Below are positions 41,636 to 51,654 of a DNA stretch of 64,000 nt, one piece after another. The notes under the pieces were generated by a model that was not told where the DNA came from, searched no databases, and saw only the letters and a list, made by a program, of their open reading frames with translations. This DNA is from Methanotrichaceae archaeon (GTDB lineage Archaea > Halobacteriota > Methanosarcinia > Methanotrichales > Methanotrichaceae), in NCBI GenBank assembly GCA_963813075.1, contig CAWEXU010000030.1:192001-256000 (forward strand), read 5' to 3'. Every line of letters begins with the position of its first letter. Positions within the stretch are counted from its first letter, which is position 1. The translations under genes were made by a program, and so were the position numbers.

Positions 41636-42769
41636 TTATTGATCCAGCCGGCTGAGGATCTCCTCCGGCTCATAGCGCACCCGGATGATACGGCTTCGCC
41701 CCCGCTCACCCTGCCCGGTAAAATCGGCATTTATAAGCCGGATCGCATCCAGCTTATTCAGGATCTCATGAAATCGGGTGTATCCCGCGCCCGTCTTCTC
41801 ATGAAAGAGGCGGAACAGCTCCCCTGCGCGCCAGCTCTCCTGGAGGGTGGCCATGCGCAAGACCTCTATCTCATCGGCCTTCAGCGATTTCAGGGCATAA
41901 GTTAGGTGGACTAACCGGGAGCGATCAAGCGAGCTGGCCACGTCCTCAGCGGATATGCTCTTGGAGGCGCGCTTTTCTGCATTAAGGCCCGCCCTCTTAA
42001 GAAGGTCAATCCCCACCCTCAGGTCTCCGGACTTCTCCGTATGGTCGACCACCGTCTCCAGGATATCGTCGGCAATCACCCCCGGATAGAAGCCCATCTG
42101 CACCCTGCGGCTCAGGATGTCCCGGATCTCAGTGCGACTATAGAGGGGAAACACCACCTCCTCCGCCTGGAAGACGGAGACCACCCGGGGGTCGAGAACA
42201 TAGTTCAAAGCCAGCTCGCTCATGATGCCGATCACACCCATCCTGGCGCCGGGACAGGTCTCGTGCGCCCGGAGAAGGGAGTAAAGGACATGGTCGATCT
42301 CCTTTTCAGGAAAGAGGTAGTTTATGTCATCTAAAGCTACAATCAGCACCTTATCCTCATCTGCCGAATGCTGGGCCACCTTCTCGAAGACCCGCTTGAA
42401 AGAGATTCCGCTGGATGGAGGGGCGTGCTCGAAGATCTTCTTGTAAAGCTGGTAGAATACCGCATATCTGGTGGAGTCCATCTGGCAGTTGACATGCACC
42501 GGGACGATGCGGGAGGAATGGGCCTCGATCTCCTCGAAGAGCTTGAAGATGGCAGTGGTCTTTCCCGTTCCCGGCGGTCCCAGACAGAGGGCATTTATCG
42601 GCCTGCCCCCCTGCAAAGCTGGCCGGATGCAGAACTTGAGGCTGTCTAGTTGCTTTTCTCTATGGAGGAACTGGTCGGGCAGGTGATCTAGCTCGAAGAT
42701 GTCCCTGTCCTTGAAGAGAGTCTCCTCCCAGAGGAGCATATCCGGTTTTTTAGTTCTTTCTGGACTCAC
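41636..42769 (-). CDS. cdc6: Orc1/Cdc6 replication initiation protein
   Basis: GPPGTGKT, VNC, LDDINYL and GDLRVGIDLL motifs; C-terminal wH domain. Confidence 0.95.
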   Translation of the reverse strand: MSPERTKKPDMLLWEETLFKDRDIFELDHLPDQFLHREKQLDSLKFCIRPALQGGRPINALCLGPPGTGKTTAIFKLFEEIEAHSSRIVPVHVNCQMDSTRYAVFYQLYKKIFEHAPPSSGISFKRVFEKVAQHSADEDKVLIVALDDINYLFPEKEIDHVLYSLLRAHETCPGARMGVIGIMSELALNYVLDPRVVSVFQAEEVVFPLYSRTEIRDILSRRVQMGFYPGVIADDILETVVDHTEKSGDLRVGIDLLKRAGLNAEKRASKSISAEDVASSLDRSRLVHLTYALKSLKADEIEVLRMATLQESWRAGELFRLFHEKTGAGYTRFHEILNKLDAIRLINADFTGQGERGRSRIIRVRYEPEEILSRLDQ

Positions 42770-44670
42770 TGACTCAGTATATTTTGTATTTCCTTCTTCA
42801 ATATGGCGCTCACCAGGGCGCCATCCGCCTTGCCCCTGAGCTCTTTCATCACCAGGCCCATGAGAGGAGCAGCGGCCCTATCCCCTTTGGAGCGCACCAG
42901 ATCGGCCTTATCCGCCACGATGGCCTGGACAATGCTTGCCACACCTGCTTCGTCCACCCCGGCCAGACCGGCGGCAGCAGCCCCTTCCGCCGCGGATGCA
43001 TCCGGTTGTTCCGCCAGGGCGCGAAACAGATCATCCAGCCCCTCCTTGGCGATCCTGCCGGCAGCCACCAGCCCCAGGGCGTCCTTGAAATGCTGCTCAG
43101 AGAGAGCGGATATGTCCACGCCCTCTCGTGCCAGCTCGATTGGAATCGTCTCCAGCGCCCGGACCACAATGGAGGGCGAAAGCTGGATCTGGGATACGAT
43201 CTCCTCGAAGAGCTGATAGTTGGGGGAGGCGGCCATCACCCCGGCCAGCTCAGAGTTCAAGCCATAATCGCGGCCAAAGCGCTCCGACCGGGCTAAGAAG
43301 AGTTCAGGAAGCTCAAGGCCTTCCAGCATCTGCTCGGTGATCGCCACCGAGGGCACATCCGTCTCCGGATACATCCTGGCCGAGCCGGGGAGAGGCCGCA
43401 TATACTCCGAGCAGCCGTTGGGAAGGGCGCGGCGCGTCTCCTCCGGCACCATTTCCAGAGCCTCCCTCGCCCGGACCAGCACCGCATCCATAGCCTTTCT
43501 GGCCCGATCCTCCGGTCCGGTGACCATGATCACGGCATAATTCTCTCCTGCTTGAAGTTGATCTCTCACCAACTGGACCTCAGCAGCGGTCACACCATAG
43601 GCAGGCAACTCATCGCTGTGAAAGATTCCCCCCACCCCCGCCCTCTTGGCCCGATCGGACATCTCTGAGCCCAGCCTCCTGCCCGGCTGGACCTCACTGC
43701 CCACCAATCCGGCAAATCCCGCCAGCCTAGAGGCCAGGACCACTCCGCCGTTCTTGATGGATCTGGCCAGGACCTTGGAATCGGTCTGGGAGAAGAGCGA
43801 AGTAACATCAAATATGGTGTCGTCAACTGCTGCCTTTCGCCTTCTCAGCTCATCTTTGATCCCGAGCAGCCTGAACTGGCGGAGAGCCTCCAATTCCACG
43901 ATCTTGTCCACCAGGTTCAGAGTCTGAACTCCCTTTACCTCCACCCGCGCTCCGCCTTTGATGGAGACGTTCACATCCTGGCGGATGGTGCCCAGGCCCC
44001 TCTTCACCCGGCCGGTGGAGCGCAGAATCATACCCAGGTATGAGGCCACCTCTCTGGCATGGGCAGGAGAGATGATGTCAGGTGCCGTACCGATCTCCAC
44101 TAAGGGAATGCCCAGCCGGTCGAGGGAGTAGACCAGGCTGTCTCCCCGGTCCTCGATGATCCTTGCCGCCTCCTCCTCCAGACAGAGGATGTCTATTCCC
44201 ACCGGCCCCTGGCTAGTCTCTATGCTCCCTTTGGAGCCGATGTAGGCCGTGCGCTGGAACCCGGAGGTGTTCGAGCCGTCTATCACCATCTTCCTCATGG
44301 TGCAGACCTCATCCACGATCAGCATGTTCAAGAGGCGGGCGATGACCAAAGATATCTTCAGAGCCTCGGGGTTTACCTCGGATGGCGGCTCCTCGTCTGC
44401 TTCCACCAGGCAGGTGGTGTCATAGGACATATAATGGAACTTGCGCGCGACCAAGACCTCCTCCAGGGCGGCACGATCTATCTCCCCCAGCTCGCTTCTC
44501 GAGGGGCGGAGATAGCGGAAAAACTCGAAATTGGAATCCTCTACCTCCCGATGAGCGGTGGGGCAGCCGCAGAAGAGCTTGCAAGCGGTATCCAGCTGCT
44601 GGTGAATCTCAATTCCACATATAAGGCCCAATTGGCGGTAGTCTAATCCAGGAGGGGTATCTGTTGCCAT
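42766..44670 (-). CDS. gatE: Glu-tRNA(Gln) amidotransferase subunit E
   Basis: GIEIHQQL, CLVEADEEPP, VIDGSNTSGFQRT and ARMYPETD motifs. Confidence 0.98.
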   Translation of the reverse strand: MATDTPPGLDYRQLGLICGIEIHQQLDTACKLFCGCPTAHREVEDSNFEFFRYLRPSRSELGEIDRAALEEVLVARKFHYMSYDTTCLVEADEEPPSEVNPEALKISLVIARLLNMLIVDEVCTMRKMVIDGSNTSGFQRTAYIGSKGSIETSQGPVGIDILCLEEEAARIIEDRGDSLVYSLDRLGIPLVEIGTAPDIISPAHAREVASYLGMILRSTGRVKRGLGTIRQDVNVSIKGGARVEVKGVQTLNLVDKIVELEALRQFRLLGIKDELRRRKAAVDDTIFDVTSLFSQTDSKVLARSIKNGGVVLASRLAGFAGLVGSEVQPGRRLGSEMSDRAKRAGVGGIFHSDELPAYGVTAAEVQLVRDQLQAGENYAVIMVTGPEDRARKAMDAVLVRAREALEMVPEETRRALPNGCSEYMRPLPGSARMYPETDVPSVAITEQMLEGLELPELFLARSERFGRDYGLNSELAGVMAASPNYQLFEEIVSQIQLSPSIVVRALETIPIELAREGVDISALSEQHFKDALGLVAAGRIAKEGLDDLFRALAEQPDASAAEGAAAAGLAGVDEAGVASIVQAIVADKADLVRSKGDRAAAPLMGLVMKELRGKADGALVSAILKKEIQNILSQ

Positions 44671-44673
44671 CGA

Positions 44674-44904
44674 TCACCTTTCAAGAACCGCGGGAGGTTT
44701 AACTCTTTTGACTGCTTCTCTTATGTCCTCCGCTTTGACCGTCTTCCTCTTGGCATGGTTCGCCCAGCCCGCGGCCTCCCGGGCCACTTCCAGGCCATAG
44801 CTCTCCAGAACCTCTGCCAGCGCATCTCTTGCGCCCTCGCTCACTCTCTTAGCCCCCGCCTCGCGGATGAGTCTGCTCACCGGGGCAACAGGAAGTATTG
44901 GCAT
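44674..44904 (-). CDS. Archaeal histone
   Basis: LPVAPVSRLIREAGAKRVS..HAKRKTVKAEDI; SD GAGGTGA. Confidence 0.95.
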   Translation of the reverse strand: MPILPVAPVSRLIREAGAKRVSEGARDALAEVLESYGLEVAREAAGWANHAKRKTVKAEDIREAVKRVKPPAVLER

Positions 44905-45238
44905 ATCTTGTTCACCTCATAAATCCGGATAATGCAGCCAGAAGGGCTTTATTTTGAGCCCAACTGGACTTACAAGCCAGAATATGGCTTTTAGTGAGCT
45001 TTAGTACCATATATATTTTTTGTTTGGTCAATGATCTTCATTTATTTGGAAAAAAATGATAATTTGTCCAATTATTGATTTTTAATGTGAAAACAGCTTA
45101 TTGGATTGCATCTTTATGGATCTTATCGATATAATCCCGTCATTTTGAATATTAAGCCAGAAAAATGGGAAATACCGAAAAAGTGGACGGGAAATGTTAT
45201 TTAGCTTGCCGAAATATCAGGAATAAGAGGAGTGGAAG

Positions 45239-45574
45239 ATGAGCGAGCGTTTATGCAAGGCAATCATTTATGTTGATTTCGAGGATGTATACGGCCCCTG
45301 CGGCTGCGGCATGACCCTGGCCACGTTGCCGGTCCTCCTTCCCCGGGACTGGGTGGTGCTGGAGCGGCCCCCAGAAGCGGAATGCGATGACTTCTGCAAG
45401 GGGCTGGATTACCGCAGGGTCTCGGGAATGAGCTGCAACAACATCTTTGAGCATGAGATGGAGGGAAAGGAGTATATGGCTAACTTCTCCTGCTGCCAGG
45501 AGTGCGCAGAGAAGGCAGTGGCTCGAGGGTATGCAATCTGGTGCAAAAAATCCTATCCCATGGCGCTGCGCTGA
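45239..45574 (+). CDS. Small Cys-rich hypothetical protein
   Basis: 111 aa with 10 Cys (CGC, CxxxC, CCxxC); SD GAGGAG. Confidence 0.7.
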   Translation: MSERLCKAIIYVDFEDVYGPCGCGMTLATLPVLLPRDWVVLERPPEAECDDFCKGLDYRRVSGMSCNNIFEHEMEGKEYMANFSCCQECAEKAVARGYAIWCKKSYPMALR

Positions 45575-45643
45575 ACCTTCCATAATCCTTCAGCCACAAC
45601 TCTAATATTTTGCAGCGTCTAAGTCACTGGACGAGGTATCTAA

Positions 45644-45892
45644 TTGGCCTATAAAATTTATTCCACCAAATCCTGCCCCAAATGCGAGCAGCTCAAAGCG
45701 GCCCTGGGAAAAGCAGGCATTGCCTTTGAGAGCATCGATATGAGCACTCCGGAGGCACTCACCGAGCTGCGCATAAATGGCGTGTTCACCCTCTCCGCCC
45801 CGGTCCTCCAGGTGGAGGAGAACTTCTATACCGTCGATGACCTGTTCACGGGCGAAGCTCTCCGCGATCTGGCAGGCATCCTCAGGGGCTAG
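45644..45892 (+). CDS. Glutaredoxin/NrdH-like protein
   Basis: YSTKSCPKC and SAPVL motifs. Confidence 0.9.
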   Translation: MAYKIYSTKSCPKCEQLKAALGKAGIAFESIDMSTPEALTELRINGVFTLSAPVLQVEENFYTVDDLFTGEALRDLAGILRG

Positions 45893-46554
45893 AACTCCCT
45901 CCCCCTCACCCGGGCGATATCGAAGACCGCCGTGCTCGCCACATGCATCACGGCAAATGTGCCTGCCTGAATGGGATCTGTGACCACCATATCCGCCTGG
46001 CCGGGAACTGAGCCCGCCATCTTCAGAGCGATAACCGGTATTCCCTCCTCCTGAAGCCGGGCCACCTCCTGGGTGATCCTCCCTCCCATAAGAGCTCCCG
46101 CCAGAACCAGAATGCTGGCCCTGGGCAGCCGGCTCACAGCGCTGACCGCGTCAGCGATGGCCCCTTCTCCCACCAGGGGGATGGTGTCCACGCTGATCCT
46201 CTCCCCCCGCAGGTTATGCCGGTCGGCCTCATTCACCGCCCCCACCGCCACCTGGGCCACCTGGGCCCCGCCTCCGATTATTATCACACGGGATCCGTAG
46301 ATCTTCTCAAAAGGAGCATGGACTGACACCTCGAATATGGAATCAAATCCCTCCAGCTCCTCGACCATATCGCTAACCTCCTTTTGGAAGCTGTCGATCT
46401 CCATATAAACTGAGGCTTTGCCGCTGTTTATACCCCTTTCCACCACAAACTGCTGGGTGTAGATTATGTTTCCACCCCTCTTGGCCACCACGCCGGCAAT
46501 ATCGCGCAGCATTCCCGGACGGTCCAGACAGATCACATTTATCGCTATGCTCAT
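45889..46554 (-). CDS. ACT-domain/DUF5612-type conserved methanogen protein
   Basis: DRPGMLRDI ACT motif; GGGAQVAQVA..EADRHNLRGERISVDT. Confidence 0.85.
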   Translation of the reverse strand: MSIAINVICLDRPGMLRDIAGVVAKRGGNIIYTQQFVVERGINSGKASVYMEIDSFQKEVSDMVEELEGFDSIFEVSVHAPFEKIYGSRVIIIGGGAQVAQVAVGAVNEADRHNLRGERISVDTIPLVGEGAIADAVSAVSRLPRASILVLAGALMGGRITQEVARLQEEGIPVIALKMAGSVPGQADMVVTDPIQAGTFAVMHVASTAVFDIARVRGREF

Positions 46555-46638
46555 TTCTCGCCTCTGTGCTATTTCGCTCTATTTTCGCCATTTATGCACC
46601 TGGCAAACTTTAATATGACGAGTGCTAACCCCTAATCG

Positions 46639-46947
46639 ATGGAATTTTGTCCCCAATGCAAGAGCATGATGATGCCCAAAGATGGAATGATGGTCTGCCG
46701 CAAGTGCGGCCACAAACTGCCCAAAGCCGCGGGCGAGGGCTTGGTCAGCAAGACAAAGCAGCTCTCTCGCGTGGTGCCGGTATTGGAGCAGGAATCAGCC
46801 GGCCTTCCCACCACCTCCGCCCGCTGTCCGGAGTGCGGTAACAATGTCGCTTACTGGTGGCTGCGCCAGCTGCGCAGTGCCGATGAGAGCGAGGTTCGCT
46901 TTTTCCGCTGCACCAAATGCAACAATACCTGGCGAGAGTATGACTAA
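46639..46947 (+). CDS. tfs: Transcription factor S
   Basis: Two Zn ribbons and QLRSADE..RFFRC. Confidence 0.95.
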   Translation: MEFCPQCKSMMMPKDGMMVCRKCGHKLPKAAGEGLVSKTKQLSRVVPVLEQESAGLPTTSARCPECGNNVAYWWLRQLRSADESEVRFFRCTKCNNTWREYD

Positions 46948-46997
46948 GCATCAACTATATTAAATATTAAATTGTCTTTCTCCAGGAGGCTCAAGGA

Positions 46998-47732
46998 ATG
47001 TTCAAGGCAGTAATCAATGCAGAAACTCTGCGCGATGCAATCGACTCAGTCTCTTCTCTCGTGGATGAGGTTAAGTTCTCCATATCGGAAAATGGTCTGG
47101 AGCTGAAGGCAGTAGATCCTGCGAACGTGGCCATGGTATCCCTCAAGATAGGCAGCGATGCCTTCGAGTACTTCAAGGCCGATCAAGGCGAGATCGGCGT
47201 GGACCTGGTTCGCTTAAGCGATGTCTTGAGCATGGCCGATAAGGGTGAGAATGTGCAGCTGGAGCTGGACGAGGAGAGCCACAAGCTGAAGATCGGCGTG
47301 GGTTCCCTTTCCTATACCCTAAGCCTTATCGATCCCACGGCCATAAGGAAGGAACCGCGCATCCCCGATCTGGACCTGCCGGCTCATGTGACATTGGCAG
47401 GCACGGAATTGAGAAGAGCGGTGAAAGCGGCGGAAAAGGTGAGCGACCACGTGATACTGGGCGTCTCTGATGAGGGCTTTTATATGGAGGCCAAGGGGGA
47501 TATCGATTCCCTCAAGCTCAAGATCCCCAGCACTGAGCTCTTAGGCATGAAGCCGGGCGAGGCGAGAAGCCTCTTCTCTCTGGACTATCTGGAAGATATG
47601 TCAAAGTCCATCAGCAAAGCGGGAGAGGTCACCTTAGAGATGGGCATAGACTACCCTTTGCGAGTGAAATTCAAGCTCGGCCAGTCTGTGGATATCAACT
47701 ATCTCCTCGCCCCCCGCATTGAGCAGGAATGA
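46998..47732 (+). CDS. pcn: PCNA sliding clamp
   Basis: AVDPANVAMV, DYPL and YLLAPRIE motifs. Confidence 0.98.
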   Translation: MFKAVINAETLRDAIDSVSSLVDEVKFSISENGLELKAVDPANVAMVSLKIGSDAFEYFKADQGEIGVDLVRLSDVLSMADKGENVQLELDEESHKLKIGVGSLSYTLSLIDPTAIRKEPRIPDLDLPAHVTLAGTELRRAVKAAEKVSDHVILGVSDEGFYMEAKGDIDSLKLKIPSTELLGMKPGEARSLFSLDYLEDMSKSISKAGEVTLEMGIDYPLRVKFKLGQSVDINYLLAPRIEQE

Positions 47733-48751
47733 AGGTATCGGACTATCCTTTTACCCAAGAAGCGGCAGATGCTGTTCGCAGCCGAAATATCTCCCTGGAC
47801 AGCCTTCTGGGCAAGTCCCTGTTCAAGACGGTGCGGTCCAGAGCGGCTGAGCGCCTGCGGGGGGCGATCGGTGACGCTATTCCTGAAGGACGGGCTAATA
47901 GCGATGCAGAACAGCTTTTCGAGCTGCTCAGCTATCCGCTGGCCAGGATCATGGTCTCCTGTCTGAACGATCCCATTCTCATGCGTCGTTATGCCCTGGC
48001 AGAGGCGAAGCTGGCCTTCCGGAGGATGCAGGATGAAAAAGAAGGGCTGACCATCCTGGCGAACGACCTGGGAGTCAATCCCCAGGGCACTGGACCCTGG
48101 AAGATCCATTTTTCCGAGTACATCCGGGCGGCGCACCGCATGCATAGCCCCAAATGGAAGCTCACCAACCGCGATCTTGCCGGGGGTTACCTCACGGTCA
48201 CCGATATCGAGCTGAAGCGGCTGCTGGAGGAGGCGATCCGGGAGAAGGTCCTCAAGGGGCTGCCCGTATCCGTGGACGAGAATATCTGCCAGGGCCTGGA
48301 GGAGTATCTGGCCCCGATCAAGAGAGACCTGGAAGATCTAAAGGCCCGGCAGAAGGTGGATTTGGGTGAGGTCAAAGAAGGGGCCTTCCCCCCATGCATC
48401 CAGAAAATGCTCTCCGAGGTGGCCAGGGGAGTTAACCTGGCCCATAGCGCTCGATTTGCCCTGGTCAGCTTCCTCTTGCAGATCAATATGACCCCGGCGG
48501 AGGTGATCGCCCTCTTTGCCACCAGCCCGGACTTCGACCAGGAGCGCACCCGCTACCAGGTCGAGCATATCGCCGGGGCGACAGGGACCCGCTACAAGCC
48601 GCCTGCCTGTGCCACCATGGCCACCTACGGCAACTGCCCGGGGGAGGACGACCTCTGCCGGAGGGTTCGCCATCCTCTAAGCTACTATGAACGAAGGGCA
48701 GGGATGCTCAAACCGGGACCTATAGCGGCGGCACAGGAAGGGCAGCCATAA
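47729..48751 (+). CDS. priL: DNA primase large subunit
   Basis: YPF, FPPCI, HSARF, YQVEHI and CATM..C..C Fe-S motif. Confidence 0.95.
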   Translation: MKVSDYPFTQEAADAVRSRNISLDSLLGKSLFKTVRSRAAERLRGAIGDAIPEGRANSDAEQLFELLSYPLARIMVSCLNDPILMRRYALAEAKLAFRRMQDEKEGLTILANDLGVNPQGTGPWKIHFSEYIRAAHRMHSPKWKLTNRDLAGGYLTVTDIELKRLLEEAIREKVLKGLPVSVDENICQGLEEYLAPIKRDLEDLKARQKVDLGEVKEGAFPPCIQKMLSEVARGVNLAHSARFALVSFLLQINMTPAEVIALFATSPDFDQERTRYQVEHIAGATGTRYKPPACATMATYGNCPGEDDLCRRVRHPLSYYERRAGMLKPGPIAAAQEGQP

Positions 48752-50489
48752 GCGATCGAACACGGGGGTTTCCCAGCCCCTTTGGCCCTGCCAGAAGCAA
48801 CAGCATATCCTCTGCTATCAGCTCAAATTCCAGGCCGGCCTGGCCTGCAGCCTCTCGTTCCCCAAATCCCAGGTCCGCCCGGCCCGAGGCGACGGTGGCC
48901 GCCACCGCAGAGTGGGTCTTGGCCAGGCGGACGTACCTGGGATTGCTGATTCCCAATTCCATCAGGACCAGCTCGAATGCCTCTTTCATGGCCGAATCCC
49001 TCGGCCAGCCCACTATCCTCTGACCGGCCAGGTCGGCCAGAGCGGATCGGTCCCTGTAGATCAGCCCCAGCTCTCTTTTATAACTCCAGATGGCCTTCGC
49101 GTCGCCCTCGATGCCTTCATCCACTGATCCCGAGACTGCTGCCAGGTCTGCTATGCCATCCTCCAGATAGATCCGTCCCCGGTACGAGCCGGTGTTCAAG
49201 AGCATCAGCCTCCAGGGAAGCTCCTCGGCCAGCTGCTCGAGGAATAGGGTATTCTCTCCCGCCACCACCAGACAGGGAGCCTGGGTGGAAGAGAAGAGCC
49301 GGACCTGGACTGGAGATCCTCCCTCCAGGAACTCCACTCCCGCCGGAATCTCAATCACACCGTCCGCCAGGGCTAATGTGGTGATCGAGCCGCTGCCCTT
49401 GTCCACCGGATAAACCAGCTCCCCGGAAATGCCCACGGCGAGCATCTGCTGCCTTCCTTCTGTGCGCAGCGGCCCAGCCAGCCTTCCTGCCGTTTTGTTC
49501 TCAGAGTGCCCCAGACCCAGGGCAGAGCGTATGAATGGTGCGGCCAGCTCGGCAAATACAGTCAGAGCGCTGGTGGGATAACCGGGCAGACCGAGACAGG
49601 GCTTGCCCCGGATCATCCCGAAGATGGTGGGCTTTCCCGGCTTGAGGTTCACCCCGTGGAATATCAGCTCCCCGATCTCCTCTAAAACCCGATAGATCAT
49701 ATCCCCGGCCCCGGCAGAGGTGCTGCCGCTCACCAGGATCATATCGCACTCATCTGCCATCCTCTCCAGTGTCTGTGCCATCCGTTCTCTCTCGTCAGGG
49801 AGGATGCCATAGCTCCGGGCATGAGCACCACAATCCTGGACCCCTGCCGCTATGGTGTAGCTGTTGATATCATAGATCTGGCCTGCCGAGAGAGCCTGGC
49901 CGGGGGGTATGAGCTCTGCTCCGGTTGAGGCCAGGCCCACCTCCAGGCTCCGCACCCGGACGCACTCTCTGCCCAGAGCGGCCAGAACCCCTATCTCCCG
50001 CGCCCCAATTGGCGTTCCGGGAAAGAGAACTGCTTCACCAAAGGATATGTCGCTTCCCGCGGCCTGAACGTTCTCCCCACTATAGACCGGCCTTCTGATG
50101 AGAACCTGACCGTCCTGGAACTGGGAGTACTCGATCATTACCACGGCATCTGCCCCGTCAGGCATCATGGAGCCGGTGGAGACCTCTGCCGCCTCGCCCG
50201 GTGAGATCTGCAGATCTGGCCTCCTGCCCATGGGCACCGATCCCGCCAGGTGCAGGGAGATCGGCCGGTCCTCTCTGGCCTCGATTGTGTCCAGAGAGAT
50301 GACCGCATAGCCGTCCATAGAGGCGCGACTAAAGCCGGGGACATCCAGGGTGGACACCACCTTCTCCGCCAGGACGCTTCCTAAAGAGGAGCCTAAGGCA
50401 GCAGACCTCTCACCGGGTTTTGGCAGGTGGTCCAAGATGATCGATTTGGCTTCCTGCAATGAAATCAGGCTTCGAAACTCCTTGGGCAT
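48720..50489 (-). CDS. moeA: Molybdopterin molybdenumtransferase MoeA with C-terminal PBP-like domain
   Basis: SMDGYAV, TGSMMP, STGAEL, KPGKP and LPGYP motifs. Confidence 0.92.
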   Translation of the reverse strand: MPKEFRSLISLQEAKSIILDHLPKPGERSAALGSSLGSVLAEKVVSTLDVPGFSRASMDGYAVISLDTIEAREDRPISLHLAGSVPMGRRPDLQISPGEAAEVSTGSMMPDGADAVVMIEYSQFQDGQVLIRRPVYSGENVQAAGSDISFGEAVLFPGTPIGAREIGVLAALGRECVRVRSLEVGLASTGAELIPPGQALSAGQIYDINSYTIAAGVQDCGAHARSYGILPDERERMAQTLERMADECDMILVSGSTSAGAGDMIYRVLEEIGELIFHGVNLKPGKPTIFGMIRGKPCLGLPGYPTSALTVFAELAAPFIRSALGLGHSENKTAGRLAGPLRTEGRQQMLAVGISGELVYPVDKGSGSITTLALADGVIEIPAGVEFLEGGSPVQVRLFSSTQAPCLVVAGENTLFLEQLAEELPWRLMLLNTGSYRGRIYLEDGIADLAAVSGSVDEGIEGDAKAIWSYKRELGLIYRDRSALADLAGQRIVGWPRDSAMKEAFELVLMELGISNPRYVRLAKTHSAVAATVASGRADLGFGEREAAGQAGLEFELIAEDMLLLLAGPKGLGNPRVRSLMAALPVPPL

Positions 50490-50521
50490 GCTGCCCCGAT
50501 AAGCCCGGAATAGATATAAAA

Positions 50522-51610
50522 TCAGAGCCTTGCCGCTCTCTGGCGCAGCAGGTGGTCTGCCAGGACAATAGCCACCATGGCCTCGGCCACGGGCACCATT
50601 CTGGGAGGTATGGCCGGGTCGTGCCTCCCTTTGATCTCTATCTCTGCATCCAATCCAGTGGCCAGGTCCACAGTATGCTGCTTTTTGGCTATAGACGGGG
50701 TGGGCTTGACTGCGATCCGGCAGAGTATGTCCATACCAGTGGATATGCCGCCCAAAATGCCACCGGCATTGTTGCTCTCAAACCCGACCTTCTCGCCATC
50801 CATACGCAGTGGATCGTTCAATTCGCTTCCCCTCATCCCGGCGCAGCCAAGGCCTGCCCCGATCTCCACCGCCTTTACCGCCCCCAGGCTCATCAGAGCT
50901 TTGGCCAGGTCGGCGTCCAGCTTGTCGAAGACCGGATCCCCCAGGCCCGGAGGCACCCCGCGGGCGATGATCGTCACCATTCCCCCCAGGCTGTCTCCCT
51001 CCTGCCGGACAAGATCCAATTGCTCCATCATCCTCTCTGCCGCCTCCCCGTCCGGGCAGCGAATGGGGTTGGCCTCGGCCGCCGCGCGGAGCCCGGCCAG
51101 ATCACTTGAATCGATATTGGCCCTGACCCCCCCAAGCTCGGAGACATAAGCTATGACCTCCACACCCAAACCCTGCAGCAGCTTTCTGGCCACCGCTCCT
51201 GCGGCCACCCTTCCTGCCGTCTCCCGGGCGGACGACCTGCCTCCGCCCCGATGGTCGCGCCAGCCGTACTTCACCTGATAACAGTAATCGGCATGGCCTG
51301 GCCGGGGCCTATGGCGCAGGAGATCGTAGCTGCTCGAATCTGCATCCCGGTTCCAGATCAGCATGGATATGGGGGTGCCGGTGGTATTTCCCTCGAAAAT
51401 GCCGGACAGTATCTCCACCCGATCCATCTCCGTTCTCTGGGTGGAGGCCCGGCTCTGGCCCGGACGCCTGCGGTCCAGATCCTTTTGAATATCATCTTCC
51501 GTTAGTGCCAGGCCGGCAGGGCAGCCGTCCAGGACCACGCCCACCGCCCGGCCATGGGACTCACCCCAGGTGGTGATGCGAAAGAGGGTTCCAAAGGAGC
51601 TGCCAGACAT
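50522..51610 (-). CDS. aroC: Chorismate synthase
   Basis: GESHG, RPGHAD, RSSARET, KPTPS and RHDP motifs. Confidence 0.98.
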   Translation of the reverse strand: MSGSSFGTLFRITTWGESHGRAVGVVLDGCPAGLALTEDDIQKDLDRRRPGQSRASTQRTEMDRVEILSGIFEGNTTGTPISMLIWNRDADSSSYDLLRHRPRPGHADYCYQVKYGWRDHRGGGRSSARETAGRVAAGAVARKLLQGLGVEVIAYVSELGGVRANIDSSDLAGLRAAAEANPIRCPDGEAAERMMEQLDLVRQEGDSLGGMVTIIARGVPPGLGDPVFDKLDADLAKALMSLGAVKAVEIGAGLGCAGMRGSELNDPLRMDGEKVGFESNNAGGILGGISTGMDILCRIAVKPTPSIAKKQHTVDLATGLDAEIEIKGRHDPAIPPRMVPVAEAMVAIVLADHLLRQRAARL

Positions 51611-51654
51611 ATTTCATAACCTCGATCAATAACCTCGATATCGTTTTATGCTAT

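Noticed and set aside
44905..45238. AT-rich intergenic region near cdc6 as a replication origin
   Set aside because: No ORB repeats recognised; adequately explained as divergent promoters of the histone gene and 45239.
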